DNA of 64,000 nt. Origin: Raillietiella orientalis. Lineage: Eukaryota. Position numbers and translations under genes: made by a program. This document shows positions 11,351 to 23,899 of the stretch, piece after piece. Where the stretch lies: positions 248,001-312,000 of the forward strand of contig JAYWIR010000077.1 in assembly GCA_036172245.1 (NCBI GenBank), in the 5' to 3' direction. Positions within the stretch are counted from its first letter, which is position 1. Each line of letters opens with the position of its first letter. The notes under the pieces were generated by a model. It did no database searches, was not told the DNA's origin, and worked only from the letters and a program-made list of their open reading frames with translations.

Positions 11351-12534
11351 GAGTACAAATTCAAATTAGTACCAAACCAATGCATGGACTGCGGTCAAAG
11401 CTGTTACTTAATGTGTCAGAAATACCATAATATCGACAGGGCAAGCAAGCTGCATATATTACCAATCACGTTCTCATTGCTAGTTAGCAGGTCTTCTATT
11501 TTTTCAGTGCAACCTTAGTACGTGTATACAGTAAAGTAAATACATGTGTTAATATAGCTATGGTGAAAGGGGAGACTTTACACTATAAACCCTAAATTTA
11601 AGTTGCCTACACTGTGGAGAAAAATTATAGATATAAAATGAGATAGCTTCTGATGTTTCATATTCACAGGAGGGAAGAGTCATCACACCTGTGCGTGGTT
11701 TACGATGTTTGAAAACTTCTCGCTCATTGGTGTTTTTATTCAAGGGCATCGCATTACGTGTAGGATGAGAGGATTGGAATGAATGCTAGCACTATGTGGT
11801 TTTAATAAATGCACTAGCACACACAGTATTTCGATGACAGGAGGACACAACCACAGACTCCCAGATTACAAGCATTTACAACTGTAGACAAGGTCATATT
11901 CGCCTATCTGCTTAGATTTCTGAGCCACCATTCCGCTCGAAACGAAGTCACATACTAGGTTTTTCAAAAGTTTTTCAAGATTCTATATCTTTTCTATTGA
12001 TGATTCATCATTTTTTATGTGGTGTATTTTGTAACTATAATAAAATAGCTTTGGTGACATGAATGTGACATCTATAAAAAGGTCAATAAAAAAATATCAT
12101 TATAAGCAAAAAATTTTTCGAACTTTCTAAATTTCAAACTATTTGAAGCTGTGTTCAGAGTTTTAGCTTGAATAAAATTCATCAAATAATCTACTGCATT
12201 GGAGACACATGATTGTAACTCAAAAACTTGACAATGTGTAATATGAATTCGTTTGTAATATGAATGTTTAAACAGTTTAAGCATGACAATATAGGAAAAC
12301 TTTTCTGACATAATAAAAGAATACATACTGATCCAATAATTCTCCATTGACTGGATTAGCTTGCTTCATATGAAATCTTCTTAAACATTATTTCAGGCAT
12401 TTTTTGTAATAAATTTCTTGTTTTGGGTAGGACTTAGAGGCTCTGCTTTTGGCGCTCAATTTGATCGTAATTGCACCAAAGTTTTTCGTATCCCTTGCAA
12501 ACACAATATTTGCTGTCGTGTACTGGTTTTAAAT

Positions 12535-15500
12535 ATGATTGAATTTGACACATTTTTGGGTGCTGAATTGTTAGCAATTTGTAGCTCACTTGGAATATGT
12601 GAAAATGGAAAGTACTATAAAGAAAACGATTGTACTGGTGAGAACAAATTTTCGTGATTTTCTAAAGAAATGTTGCAATTGTGTTTCCACAATTATCAAA
12701 TGTTTCACTACCAGAATACCTGCTGTGTTCAGCTATTGACGGTCTTATTCTGACATATGAGTACAGCTGTTTTTATATATAAGAAATAAATGCAGTCATT
12801 GCCTTCTATTAAGATACTGCCATTTAAAAGTTTAAAGGATAAAATCTCGGCATTTTAATTTGATATCAAAAAAATTTCAATTTGTTTTTGCCTTGCAGCA
12901 CTGTATGGATGTATATTTGATGATAGGGAATTAAGTCTTAGCGATTCTAAAAGACAGTTTTATGACTCCATACTTACTATGTTACTAACTGTAGGAATAT
13001 TTAATATTGGTATAATCGTGTGAACACTTATGTTTCAGAGAGTATAAGAGATTTGATCTTGTATCTTCGCAAGGATGATGAAACTTTTCAAATTCGGAGA
13101 GCTCTTGGAAGAATTCAAGTACTTCAGACAGATCTAATATATATATTAGAAAACTATGCTGATGATAATGTATTATTTGATGTTACCCTTAGGTATTTTT
13201 TGAACTCTGTTGAAAAATCATGTCTTTAATCAATGACTTTTGAGGTGTTTTTTATTGATTATCTTTCTAATCATCATATCAATTGTGAAACAATAGTTTG
13301 AATTCAAAAAAAATTTAAATAAATAAAAAAATTAAGATACCTAACAGTTTCCAAATACAATATTGAGCATATTAAAACTTGATTCTTGAAATATGTTAAA
13401 TTGCGTGAAGTGAAATTTCATCAAATCGTTTGCTTACTGAAGCAAATTAAGCATCAAAAGATTATCTGATGGTGGTTGCTTCATGAAATGGATTGGGTAC
13501 TTTATTTTGTTAGAAGTGCTTTAAGCAGGTCACATTATGTATTAGTTTTAGAATAGTACCTCAGTTTAATTTACCAAAAATTTATTAACTTAGTAAATAT
13601 TGCTTCTAATGTATAATGTTAATTTATTTTGTTGTATTTTCAATGGATCTAGAGATCCATTACTGTGCTTATTATAAAATATTGTTCATATATTTTAAGA
13701 TTGCTCGTGAACTTGACAACAACCCCTACCTTTCTTTATGAGGATCAACTTCCAGAAGAAAAAATTAACAGAACTCATTATTTAGAATTGCAGGAACAGT
13801 TGATATCCTATAAAAAAGCATTTGCAAGAGAATCCTTTTGGAGAGTCATTTCAGAAAAGGCTAAAACTTTATTGCACAAGGTAAATAATTCGAAACTGGA
13901 AACATTTCACAAAAAGATTTTAGGACTGGATAAAGAAGACTGAAGAAGATAAACTCATTCTTGAACGTATTGTTGTGTTGATTCGTAATATTCTTCATAT
14001 ATCAGTAAATACAAATGAATGTAACCAAAAAGGAATCTCTTTACATGATGATGTAATTATATATCATTTTATGTGAATGGATTTATAATTTCATTGCTTG
14101 TAACTTGGAGATGTTTGCAGATACTGATTGAACTCCACAGAAGTGGAATCGATGATTTGCTGTTATTTTTGGCTATAGCAGAAAATGAACATTATTTGTG
14201 TCTTCATGTTTTGGAAACCATTTTTTTGTTGCTAAGAGATCAGAATCCTGAACAATTAGCCAGGACAGGAGAAGCAGGATCTAAGGTAGAAAGACTGAAG
14301 AACTCCAAGGAACTTGAAGAGATATGGCTCAAAGAGAAAAAACAAAGGATAGCAAAACAGCAGTCTCAGAAATCGAGGTATAGTTGTGATAGTCAACAGT
14401 TTGAACTATTGAATGTGAATAGACACTCACAGTTTGGAGGAACATATGTTGTTCGCAATTTTAAGGCCATTGGCAAGGAAGATCTTATATGTCATAAACC
14501 AGTTACTGACATCAAGGAACTGCATTTAGACTTGAAGAAAGTAAAATAAGAACGCAGCTTATTCTTTTAGTGACTAATTCTTAGGAAAAACGAAAACTTC
14601 CACGCAATCAAGTGCCTCCATTGTATGACTTGCCTTCATGCTCTTCACCTTTGTCAGTACGGCTATTTCTTAAGCAGTTTTGCATCGAGTTTCTCAATGG
14701 AGCCTACAATTTACTTATGGGAGTTGTGAAGGTGCTGTTGTGCCTCTCAGAAACAAATGTATGTTTTTTTAGGACAGATTGGTTAGAAATCTGGCGCAGC
14801 CTCATGATGAAGTATATTTCATGTGGGGATTGCGTTTTTTCATGCATTTCAATCGATCGTACAAATTCAAAGTTGAACTGATCAGGCAAGTCATTACAAG
14901 ATTGTCAAATTGATTTGAACCTTAGTCAGACACTGCTGATGTCAACCTTCCATTATATTCATCAACAGATCCAGCATTCTTATGAAATGCTTGTTACTGA
15001 CAAGAAACACTTTCATTCTTGGGGACACCAAATGCACTTCTGTATTCTAGCATACCAAGTACAGAACCTGAAAAGATCATTATGGACACAATATAGATAT
15101 CATTTTAGGAACTTCTTCTAACTCTTTTGGTTATGGAAAGAAGTTCAGATGAAGATTTGAAACGTTCTACAAGAGTTTTGCAAACTCAATTATTTTATGT
15201 TCCAGAATATCGTGAGATATGTTTGTTTTTGCTTCTTAATTTTGATCAACGAAAATTGTCGAGGTTAGTCACCCAGATCGTTACATCACTTCTACTTCTC
15301 TCCAGAGGTTTTCTTAAAGATCTGATTGAGACCAATCATGTTCTTCTTAAGATGCTAGAGAATGTGTGTAAAAACCAAAGTCGTCTATTTGTTCAAGCAA
15401 AGAGAAGAAATGTCAAAACTAGGAAATCCCACAGCCAGCAAAAAGTTCCCCTAGAGGAAATACTGAATAATATATGGAACAGTATAAGAGATGAGGTTGC

Positions 15501-18042
15501 TGATTCCTTGAAAACTCTTGTGCAACTTCCAGAAGTCATACCATTTGATGCTGCTTCACATATACCAATAGATGAGCAAAAGTATGATACATATTGCCTA
15601 ACATAAGATTATGCAATGTATAGGGAGGAAACTATCTCACACATCCAAAAGTTGCTGCATGATGGAAAAGTGAAAGAAGCTGTATCTCTTCTGTATGCTG
15701 CTAAGTAAGTTGTAGTTACCTGTGCTTTATGCATCGAACACCTCTTAGGGAAGTGTGGCCTGATGCCTTGATCTTTGGCCAGATTGATTCTTCTCCAGAT
15801 GAAAACTTGTGTCTTCTTCATAAGCTGCATTTTCATCCCTTGAATAGTAAGTACATTTCCAAGTACATTTGTGCCAGGATTATTTGGAGTTCATATTTAT
15901 GATTTTATTTGTTATTTAAGTTTTACATTCTTATTCTCTATTTGTGTGTAAAGGTGCTTAGAGGAATACCTTGAAAATCTTTTAGTCTCGTCAAATTTCT
16001 TACTTCAAAGACTTATTCCCACAGATTACTCGTTCCCTTTTTTTTTTTCTTTCCATGTTGAGAAAATTTTTTAAAAACTTATTGGAGTGAAATGAGGCAT
16101 GTTTACTATACTCGAATTATGCAGCGTTTTTTGTTTCAGTGCACATGCAATTGTTTAATTTTTTTTTTTGTATCTGTCCTTTGAATTGTGCAAGGATTTT
16201 TTTATTAAAAGTTTTAGAATCGTTATGCCTTATCAGAGCATTGAGGTAGTCTTGAATAGTCCAAGCGACTCATGATTAAATCTTTTGTTTAAAAGGTTAT
16301 TGTATCTTTTTCATTTTTTTCTCAAGGTGATGCTGGTGGGATTGAAGAGGTAGCCTGTCAAGAAGTAATTAACCAACAGGAAGAAGAGGAAACAGGTATG
16401 CAATAGATTTTTACAATCTAATGATCTGGAATAGATCCAGAAGATATGATGGTAACATCTGTCATACAGGAACAGGAATTCAATTTGAAAGAGTTTATTC
16501 AGAGATATGCAAATATGCGTGTAGTCCGTTGCTGTTCATATTTGTTGGCTTCTTATTCTGTCAATGGGTTACATACTAACCACTGTTTAGCAAAACTCTT
16601 GCATCGCATTTCATTCGATTGTTGTATGCCTGCAATGTTATTCCAAGCTTCTCTTTTCCACACTTTTCATGGAATCTTAAAAGAGCAGTCGCATTATCCG
16701 GAACTGTCTCAGTTAGCCCAGTACATCCTTTCTAAATTTTGTAAGACAGCATCTTATAATCCTCTTGCATTTGTTGAATTGCTGTTTTGGAAAAGTAGCC
16801 ATTTGGCATATGATGTAGAGCAAGGATATGGAAGCCATAAAGAAATGTAAATCTTCAGTCACCTCATTAAAGACTGTCTTACTCTAATTCTGTTGTGTTT
16901 AGAAAATCAAAAGTGATTCGTAAAACATGGACAGAAGAAGAAACTGATGAATTGAGAAGGTTATGGGAGGAATTCAAAGATGTTCGCGATGGAGGTAAAA
17001 GCAGTTGACATAAACAGCATCTTTGTGTGAAACTTTAGAAAATGACGTTATCGATCATATCACTCTCCACTTAATTGATAGTACAAAAAGTCGACGAATG
17101 GTTATTCATCAGTTGAAACGCCTTGGACTTGTAGACGACATCCGTGTAAGTGTCTCACATTTTTGCATTCTTGATTTCTTTTAGGTTCTAACAAGAAAAT
17201 CCATGATTGGACGGAAACCTCGTGATTGGAGTGAAGAGGAAATATGTCAACTCCGCAGCCTTTGGGAAGAAAGTTGCCATGCTATAGGTCTGTTGGAATT
17301 AAAGCGATAATTTTAAAAGATATCTATAGATCCACTCACGTGTATTGTGGATCGTTTATCACCAAAGCGTTCTAAGAAACAGATTGCTGAAGAATTGCTG
17401 TATCTTGGACTAGTTCAAGATCGTCGCCAGCTGCATAAGAAAAGGATGAAGTTGGCATGTACAAAGCAGAATGGTAAGAAATTATGGAACACGAATTCAC
17501 ATTAACATTCTTTAGATGAGCAAAATAGTGAATATGAAAACCAGTACCCTTCTCAAATACCATGGCCCAAGAGTGATATTGATGAGCAAGCTTTAATATC
17601 TCAATTGCAGTCAAGGAAATTTGATTCAGAGACTTGCGATTGGCTTGCTCAGTCATTTATGGATGCTGCAGAAGATGCTGAAGAAGGAGAATCTGAAGTT
17701 TCATTAGTTCCTTTAACCAGGGATCAAAGTCAAATCCTTGAAGACGAAGATTTTCAAAGTATATTATTAAGGCTTCATGTAAGACCTCCAAAGGAAGGAG
17801 AAAAATTTTGGAGAATTTGTTGTTCAGAAGGATCAGTCATCCTAAGAAAGTATTCTGAAATGATTCAAGGTGCAACTCATGTAGCTGAAGGTAAATTTAA
17901 GTTTCATATTATTGATGTAAGAGTTTATCTGAAAGCAGGAAAGTCTCCAGTTTTACCACAGAAAGAAGAGCAGCAAATTGAAAGTTCTGATGAAGAATTT
18001 GAAGTGGCAACTAGAGATTCAAGAAAGATAGATTCTGAATGA
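12535..18042 (+). CDS. TIMELESS: TIMELESS/timeout (tim2, mammalian-type) replication-fork protection protein; 21 exons starting at 12535, 13039, 13700, 13924, 14121, 14423, 14585, 14773, 14926, 15109, 15306, 15624, 15749, 16327, 16435, 16903, 17039, 17185, 17330, 17516, 17939
   Basis: Spliced translation follows human TIMELESS throughout: AELLAICSSLG, ESIRDLILYLRKDDE, LHRSGIDDLLLFLA, RDQNPEQLA, RHSQFGGTY, EVWPD, WTEEE repeats, and the C-terminal PARP1-binding block LVPLT..EDEDFQSILLRLHVRPP..EKFWRI. Splice phases are consistent. Confidence 0.96.
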
Positions 18043-18078
18043 TTAACCCCATTATATCATTAAGTTTGCTCGAGACCC

Positions 18079-18084
18079 AATAAA
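18079..18084 (+). terminator. Candidate polyadenylation signal of TIMELESS
   Basis: AATAAA 37 nt after the stop codon. Confidence 0.45.
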
Positions 18085-18259
18085 TTTTGTTCAGCAGAAA
18101 ACTCATTCATTGGAAAATGTCCAATGTTTAGTACAGCACAATCTGGACTGATAATTCCAGTGCAGTCATATCTGTTTTATTGTTGGTGAGAGCTACTCAT
18201 TTCATTAATGGTATTTCTGTGCACATGTAAGTGGTGCATGCTGATGATAAAAGGAAATT

Positions 18260-20330
18260 TTCGGCTGCATTAATATTTGCATACTCTGAAATTTAATCTT
18301 CCTCAATTTCACATTCAGCATGTTCTCTTCACTCACTCTGGGTCAAACTTCATATCACACTGTGATCCCTAAACGTCGGGAAATCTTTTGGTCTTTTTCT
18401 TTTCCTGTATTATTTTCTGTTTCTTGTAGCTCTCTTGTTGGCGATATTCGATCTAGCAATCACTTACTCAAAGTAGCTACTGATAATATCGCATGTGCAT
18501 CCTCCGATGCCAAGGAATTCTGCTCATGGCACTGCATGAAGGCACACTTCAAGAAGTACTGCGATTGGAGAAATGTGTAGAAGTTCCAAAGCCACGTGTC
18601 ATTGTTCCTGCTTTGGAACCAATTGTATATCACAAACGGATTCTGATTGTGGACTCGTGTGATCGCTTCTATGGGATCTCCTCTTACATTTGGATAACGC
18701 AAATCGCTTCTGAAATGTAAAAGTTTGCAAAACTCTCAATTTTGCCACATACAGTAAAGTTTCAGCTTTTGCCTAAACACGTTTGGAAAGTATCCCACAG
18801 AGCTCGCAAGAGAATTCCAAACGAATAAGGAATTCCGGAATAGTTGAGTAGGATTTCAAGGAAAATTCTTCGTGTAGAAAACCATCAGGAAGTGGTCAAA
18901 GCGATGGTGAGAACACTTGGAAGAATTAAGCGAGCATCCCTCATACTTTCCTAATTTGATACGACATCCCATCTTAAATGCAATTTTACTGTTGGGAACA
19001 ATACCGGTTTGCACGAGTGGGTTTGATTACGATTTTTCTAGCAAAGTGGAATTAGGAAAGTAGTTAATGTCACAATCATGATTGTCATGATGATACACTT
19101 ACGGATATGCTACAGTGCCGTGGTCAAGTTTATGCATATTACTTGGAATGGAATCATCCAGTCTTAATGGAGCAATCATGAACTTTATCATCTTATAATG
19201 GAAACTCCTGAGACCAATGCATTTTCAGATTGGGTTGATGTTATTGGGGCAGCAAAAGACAAAATAAATCAAATCACGTTCGTACCAAGATTGGTAAACA
19301 GAAAAAAAAGTTTCCTACTCTTGAAACTTCTTTCGGTCTTTCAAAAGTATGGATCCGGTTGGGAAACCTCTTACAGAGCTAAAGTTACTTTCGTGTGCTC
19401 ATGGGTAGCCTCATCTCAGCTACATGAAAAAAAATTAAAGCACGATTTTTTTTTTTTTTTTTTTTTTTTTTAGCAAGTTCTCGGTTGGAGAAGCGAGTCT
19501 TTACCAAAAGAGGTGTCTCCCCTCTGTTACTACTGCGAATATTTTGAATTCTATTCATCATATTCAGCATTTGCATGACCCTCCTGCTTGAAATGCAGAC
19601 ACAAGCCCAATATCCTAAAATAGAACTTTGTTTGCCTTGAAAGCTTCCCGGAAGGAAAGGTTAGAGTTATCCGAGAAAGAAAAAGCTCTGTGCTCAGTGT
19701 CGAGTCTTTGGATTTCGTGGACAATCACATCTCCGAGGTATTCGGTAGAAGACCATACTATTGATGAAAGTTGAAGTGAATGGATCAGTGTAACCCATCC
19801 CACTTGCTTCTTCCTATGTAGCACAAATGGGGAATCCATTACCTTTACGGACATACGATATCCATTCAGTTCCCCTAGATAGCTTTCAGATCTTTTCACC
19901 ACAAACGTCGAGGCAAATGAAATCTATAAAACTTATCATTACTAGGGCAGTTCTCCGGAAAACGTACAGCTCATTTAGCAATTATTGCATAGTCACTGCC
20001 AGAGAGTGGCAAATCAGCAATTTCCGTGCTCACTTCGGCGATGGTTTGGTCTTACCCGGCAGATCCATGCCCGAAAGATTGATCATTGAATGATTGCTTC
20101 CTCTTCCGAACACACGCTGACAGTCCATTTTTGTTATTCTCGAAGGAAGATTTCGGAAATGCAGGCAGATATTCAGGAGAAAGATCACATTTTCAATGGA
20201 ACACTTGAAGGTTGCACGAAATGAGGAAGTTTCGTAGATTTTGATCCTTATAAAATATCGCTGTGCCCAATATAAATGATGTATATCCAATGAATTAACA
20301 AATGAACCTGAAAGGTAAATAATCACTCAG
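18260..20330 (-). mobile_element. Heavily decayed LINE (L1/Tx1-like) ORF2 3' half
   Basis: SYLGE followed by VGWVTLIHSLQLSSIVWS..VHEIQRL resembles the KYLG / GRVTLIKSVL region after the RT core. Many stops. Confidence 0.35.
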
Positions 20331-20769
20331 TAACTGATTATGGTGATCACAAAGAGTAGCCAAATATCAATCAAGACATAGTACTTAAAACAAGGAAATG
20401 AAAGTATGTCTTTGCTGTATTTCCCATAAATAAATCATTTGCTTATTGTTTACCAAAAAGATGGAATTCAAAGCAAGGGAACACAGATCAGTTAATTAAC
20501 TGTAAATGAGTAATTAAAAAAGATTAATGACCTCAGTCGGCAATGCTGCATTTTGCATGTAACGTATAGCATTAAATGTAAATTGGGAAAGTAATTTCAC
20601 AATCCGAAAGTGAGAATGCTATGAAGAAATAAATAAAAGATGATCTTACATGCATGTAATGGAACATTCCTTCGTAACTATCAAGTACTTTTCCAAAAGA
20701 TTATTATCGACGGAAAAGCAAATTTCCACTGAAACTTTAAGTAATAACATTAACATTAGAAAAGTGTAT

Positions 20770-22720
20770 GCAGATAACTGATGATCCGGAAACATCTTGG
20801 AGCAAAAGTGTCAGAAATCGGTGTTTTCAATTCTTGTTTCATCCTCTTGTAAGCACTGTCGAAAAGAAACATCCCGAAGGGAAATTCGAAAAAGGCAAAA
20901 AATCAATTACTTACGTGAGCTCTTGAATTCATTAAGTTCTCCTATGATGGCAGAATTTCTGAGTAAGTTCTGGCTGAAGGAGACGAGGCAGGAGGAAAGT
21001 GTCGGTACTTGATGCTCAGTACCTCATTCGTGTGCTGCTTGTATTAGTTGGCTGGAGGCTAATATTTCATGCTTTGAAGGAAATGCATGATGATTTTTAA
21101 ATTCTGTTGAAAATCAATGCAGCTCTACTTCTGTCCTGCATCGTTTCACGACGCATAGGTTGATTTTTTCGAGTCCGAATTTGATTTAAATGATTTCATG
21201 AAGTTAATTGCAGGTGGAAATGCCGTGATAGCATACTGATATTCAGCTCAGCTGACTGCATACAACCTGATTTTTGTGAACATACAAATGTTTCAATGCT
21301 GAAATGAAACGAATTTGACTTGAGGAAGTTCAGCGTCTCGTAATACGTTTCTATGGAAGTGCTCTTTGAGCCTCATTGCTTTCAAGTGTGGTAACTTCCA
21401 ATAAAACCAACGAGGAAATTGGGATACTCGGAAAGACTATCTCTTCAAATGTCTTCTTCATCCATTAGGAATATAAACTACCCCACACCACGGAGGAAGC
21501 AGCGGATATCTTCGAGCATTGCGACATCCAACGAAGACTGCTGAGCAGCACTGAAAAGGATCCTGCAGCATATTTATATGATGAACAAGCAGCAGCAGAG
21601 CAAAATGGTAATGATCACTGCCGCCCATGAAATCGAAGGAGCATTTGAGACACTGAAAAAAATGTAGTTGCATAGTTTGGTCGTGTGGGGCCCATCTGCA
21701 TCCGTTAGTCTCACGAACTAAGTGAAGGAATGAGAAAGAAGGCAAACTGTCAGACTGATTCTACGCAATCAAGGAATGATTGTAAGATTACTTCCAAAGG
21801 AAGGTTATTCCATTAAGGTTACCTAGTAGAGACAAATGGAGATTAATTAATAAATAGGGACTGAATATGAAGACAGAATAGATGGAAAAACTCAGGGCTA
21901 ATTGGCAAAGAAGAATCTCATCCTCTCAAGCAAGGATATGGGAGTATCTGATCTGCATTTAAGAACACTAAATCTGCGCCGTAGTTGAATTTAATCTGAT
22001 CATTGAAGTTGACCTAATGAGGGACTTTTACCCACGAGGAGAAAGTATTCGACACGATCCCTCCTTTAATGTTCGTCAGGATCCTGAGGCAACTAGACAT
22101 TTCAGACCAATTCTGGAAGCATGTGGGCATAGTCCTGGAGGAAGCCTGCCTCAGCGTTCTGAACAACGTCTGAGAAACGGACGTTATTCGAATGGAATGG
22201 GGTTACCAGGGGAGATTCCTTGAATGCAATGCCGTTTTACTTTTTCTGTAAGCCGTGCCTTCCTGGAGACACTATGATAACGGGTTCAAGGAAATCCTAA
22301 GGAAGGTGTAACCATCATACAAGACCAGGCAGAGCAGAAGGATTTTCTCAACATTTCAGAGTCTATGGAAACTGGGTTGTGCTTAGCAATCAATCCCAGA
22401 AATTGAAGTTTCTGACCACTGAATTCCATGAGTCTCGGTTTTAACGGCAAGGAAATCCCTCGTGCAGGACGGCATCAAGTACACATGGGTTCAAATTGGT
22501 GTGATCAGTGTTATGAAAGAAAACCCTAGAACGACTGGCAAATAAAAATGCAACCACATGCAACTGCTCCAACTTCGGTAAGAAAAAGAAACCCAGACTG
22601 TGGTCGCGCTTTCAAAGACTCTGCTCGGAGTAGTCTTCTGCCAGTGTCACGCCAATGACCATCTGGAAACGGATCCGAAACATGTGAAGGAGACTGTTAA
22701 GGAGAGAGTTTAAGCTCAAA
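20770..22720 (+). mobile_element. Heavily decayed LINE ORF2 remnant
   Basis: Ordered degenerate motifs EIEGAFET (cf. DxEKAFD), VRLILRN and LILSSKDMGVSDL (cf. LPKxxGGLGxxD). Confidence 0.3.
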
Positions 22721-23115
22721 AGTAAAAATGAAATATCTGTTTCGTTCGAGAGAAGAAGGTAGCACTGTAATGCAGGAAATGTAACACGCACTGAATCTCC
22801 CGTAAGGAAGAAACCACCAGCAACTGGAACGATGACCTAATGCTGCCCAACAAGCTTACTAGAAGCTCATTTGTAATTTGAGGAGACCTCATGATATTTA
22901 CTGTTGAGGCAAATTGATGACTTGACAAAAGTGAACTTCAAACGAGGAAACAACAGCTAGAGAACACCAACGACTTGGAAGTGGTCTTCCAAAGCAAAGC
23001 GCTGATCCTAGTCATTCCATATTTCCTTATACCTAGAGCTGTAGAAAAACGGATACAAAGAAGAACAGAGATGGCCATAAAGTATTGCACACTTCTAGAA
23101 TTGCCTAAGAGTTTC

Positions 23116-23872
23116 TTTTTTTTTTTTTTTTAAAGGCCAGTAGCGACCCCGCGAGGAGATCGTTACTATTGGCCTAGGATGATGGAAATCCTTGGGTTCT
23201 TTTTTTTCTTCGGGTTTTCTTTGTTTTGGTTCGCTAAGTGAGCCTCAAGAGCCGGTCGCGTGCCTCGCGGCGCAGTGGCCCTTTTGAACACATTGTTTTG
23301 TTTCCACGCCTCTCCGCCTGAGGTGAGGGGGCGTAATTCTTTTTTGCAAGATAGGGCACACCGGAAGGGGGGTTCCCCCCTATGAATCCAGGAAGGGCCC
23401 GCTAGTAGGAATTTCTTCTCCGGAGGGAACCCGCAAGGGAACCGCTCCTGTTCACTCCTCTGAAGAGAACCCCGAAGGGACGCTTCCGAAACTCAGAAGG
23501 GGCGCTGCAGCTTCTCGCAGGGAATCGCTCTCGCTTGCTTCCTTGCACTCTTGCACTCTGTGAAGATGCGACAACTAGGAGGGTAACCCCCGCTAAGGGG
23601 GTCCGCTCTCCGTTGTACGACCGGAGGGGGAACTCCCCACTCCTTGGATTCCTGGAAGGACTCGAAGGTCGACTCTCATTGTTCCGGTCTCCATCAGGGG
23701 CCCCCGGCTTAAACGACCACCGGTGCCACGCCCGAATGTCTCGGCCAACCAGCGCCATTGCAGGAGAAACTCGTGACCCAACGACGCAGTGGCGTCAGTT
23801 TCTGCCGGAGCATTCGAACCACGACGCATGGTGCCACGCGCGGAAGCCTTAACCACAGAGCCTCCGACGCAT
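23116..23872 (-). mobile_element. tRNA-derived SINE-like element, copy 1
   Basis: Minus-strand head GGAGGCTCTGTGGTTAAG...GGTTCGAATGC (A/B-box-like; B box at 23810-23820), GC-rich hairpin body, 3' stem-loop (23135-23174) and an A16 tail (T run 23116-23131). Homologous to 60276-61075. Confidence 0.75.
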
Positions 23873-23899
23873 GCAAGTTTCTATTTTTAGGTGCAATGA

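Noticed and set aside
18720..19200. Multi-exon host gene on the minus strand suggested by GT/AG-like sites
   Set aside because: No consistent stop-free spliced frame; neighbouring sequence looks like decayed LINE ORF2.
23135..23175. HDV-like ribozyme (TCCTCGCGG resemblance); hammerhead cores at scattered CTGATGA sites
   Set aside because: The required pseudoknot or three-stem pairing and downstream catalytic strands could not be built.
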